Assembly: GCA_965235115.1 (NCBI GenBank)
Contig: OZ249445.1
Coordinates: 14,508,001 to 14,572,000 of the forward strand
Source: Laetmonice hystrix
Taxonomy: Eukaryota
Reading direction: 5' to 3'
Length of the DNA: 64,000 nt
The translations under genes and the position numbers were made by a program. This document shows, piece by piece, positions 62,610-64,000 of this stretch (position 1 is its first letter; every line of letters starts with the position of its first letter). The notes below the pieces were generated by a model, which searched no databases, was not told the DNA's origin, and saw nothing but the letters and a program-made list of their open reading frames with translations.

Positions 62610-64000
62610 CTACCAACAAAAAACTCATTGTGTTAGCATCATTACTGCAATTGAAGAAACCCAACACAATAAATATCAAGGCAGGAAATTTATGTAAAAA
62701 AGATTCCAATCCCAAGTCAGTTTTAACAACTTCTCCCATCCTATACGTATCTATCCAGATACTTCTATCGTGACTCTGTTTGTGGGAATCAAGAAAAAAG
62801 TGAGAGTCTATCTAGAACAATATCCACAACATTGTTATCCTAACTAAGGTGAACTAAGCGCCTCCTTTCCTGGAAGTAATTCACATTAATGCTTGACAAT
62901 ACAACAATAAGTCAGCAATTGATACACAAAACACAGGAAGTGACACGAAAATAATGTAACCACACATAAAAATATCAGAAAGAGTACATTACATTCCAAA
63001 ACACTGCCATGTGTGAGTCTTCTGAAATGGTTGGCTGAATCACATAAATGGGTTAAGAGGAAATCTACATTGAGATAAACCTCGACTCCACCACCCAATC
63101 GTACAGTAGAAAGGTATACCCTAGCCGTGCATGAGAGAAACCTACAGACACCTCTGAGGCAGGCCGCCCAGTGTGCCTATTTCTGATGAATTTCACTGGT
63201 TTGGACAGATTTTGTGGGTAGAGCACCCCAAAAGATTCCAGTGTTTTGACTGAAAAGGGTTTAAGGTTTTTCAGCAAAACTAACTAAACTCTGGAAGGCC
63301 AAAGTTCACCTCATTTTTGTTTCTCACTGATCAACCACAACATTGATGCTTCATTCTCTTCCACAGTGAGACATACCCCCGGAAAAATTGAGAGATGTGG
63401 CCATCCTCACTCAGCTGCTTGTAAAAATATAAACATACGTATTTTTAAATATGTGTGCGCATGGCAGCCCATTTTATAGCAGAAAATTCAGAAAAGTCAT
63501 TCACTTTTCTCCATCTCCTCCTCCTCCTCCACCTTCTCCTGCAGCGATGAAAACGGTCTCTTGTTTTCTCCTTTGTCCTTCTCTTTATCCTTGACGCTGT
63601 ATCGTGCAGAACTGACTTGATAGCGTAGAAGGCACAACTGTTGACGTCAGTGAACCTCGTCATGATATTGTCAAGGTCGTAAAAACCCTTCACATTGTAA
63701 AGATCGTCCTCGGATTGTTCCTCTACCTCAACCCGTCGGTCAGCATCCGAGTCTGTACGCGAACCGTCCTCGGCCGAGTCATCAGCCATTGTGGCCTTGT
63801 CCTCACTACCACCACCCTCATCACCAGAGCTGTCTATAAAAGGTATTTCTTGCCACTTCTGGAACGGAGGAGAACCCTGCACTTGTTAGCGAGTTTTACA
63901 GTCTTCAGTGGCCCCACCTGTATAGAATCTAACGGTACGTTTCACCAAACTATACCAACTGCCTCCTGAAATTTATCTTCTTTTCTAACTCTTGCTGGAT

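Noticed and set aside
63500-63545. Anellovirus/circovirus capsid-like or protamine-like RWRRRRRWR
   Set aside because: Encoded by an (AGG)n tract, at the ORF C-terminus rather than the N-terminus, with no Rep or capsid context.

Overview
Eukaryotic (animal) genomic DNA. It is probably lophotrochozoan and likely molluscan, inferred only from repeat tails and a neuropeptide type. No prokaryotic features, rRNA, intact tRNA or CRISPR arrays were seen. Three protein-coding genes can be reconstructed by hand. (1) A + strand neuropeptide precursor (1633-2059, probable second exon 4187-4209) has a signal peptide, four cysteines and an RF-GKR amidation site, and is CCRFamide-like. (2) A complete 10-exon aldo-keto reductase family 1 gene lies on the - strand (15800 to 8078, 333 aa) with an intact D-Y-K-H tetrad. 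(3) The last seven coding exons of a phospholipase C delta gene lie on the - strand (62609 to 59954; the gene continues beyond the window). The rest is minisatellites, Harbinger- and Kolobok-like MITEs, LINE/SINE fragments and foldback elements. The most unusual items are four. First, a 6.3 kb array at 21.9-28.2 kb has five diverged exon-like cassettes of an unrecognised ~130-aa coding unit alternating with 24-bp minisatellites. Second, a 60-bp tandem repeat places seven decoy copies of the AKR exon-4 splice acceptor in front of the real one. Third, a 2.4-kb foldback element and two unrelated tandem repeats carry arrays of CTCF-consensus motifs. Fourth, a Harbinger-type element carries fragments of two different LINE clades. 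Exon coordinates were checked by eye for GT/AG and reading frame; repeat boundaries are approximate. No database searches were run.
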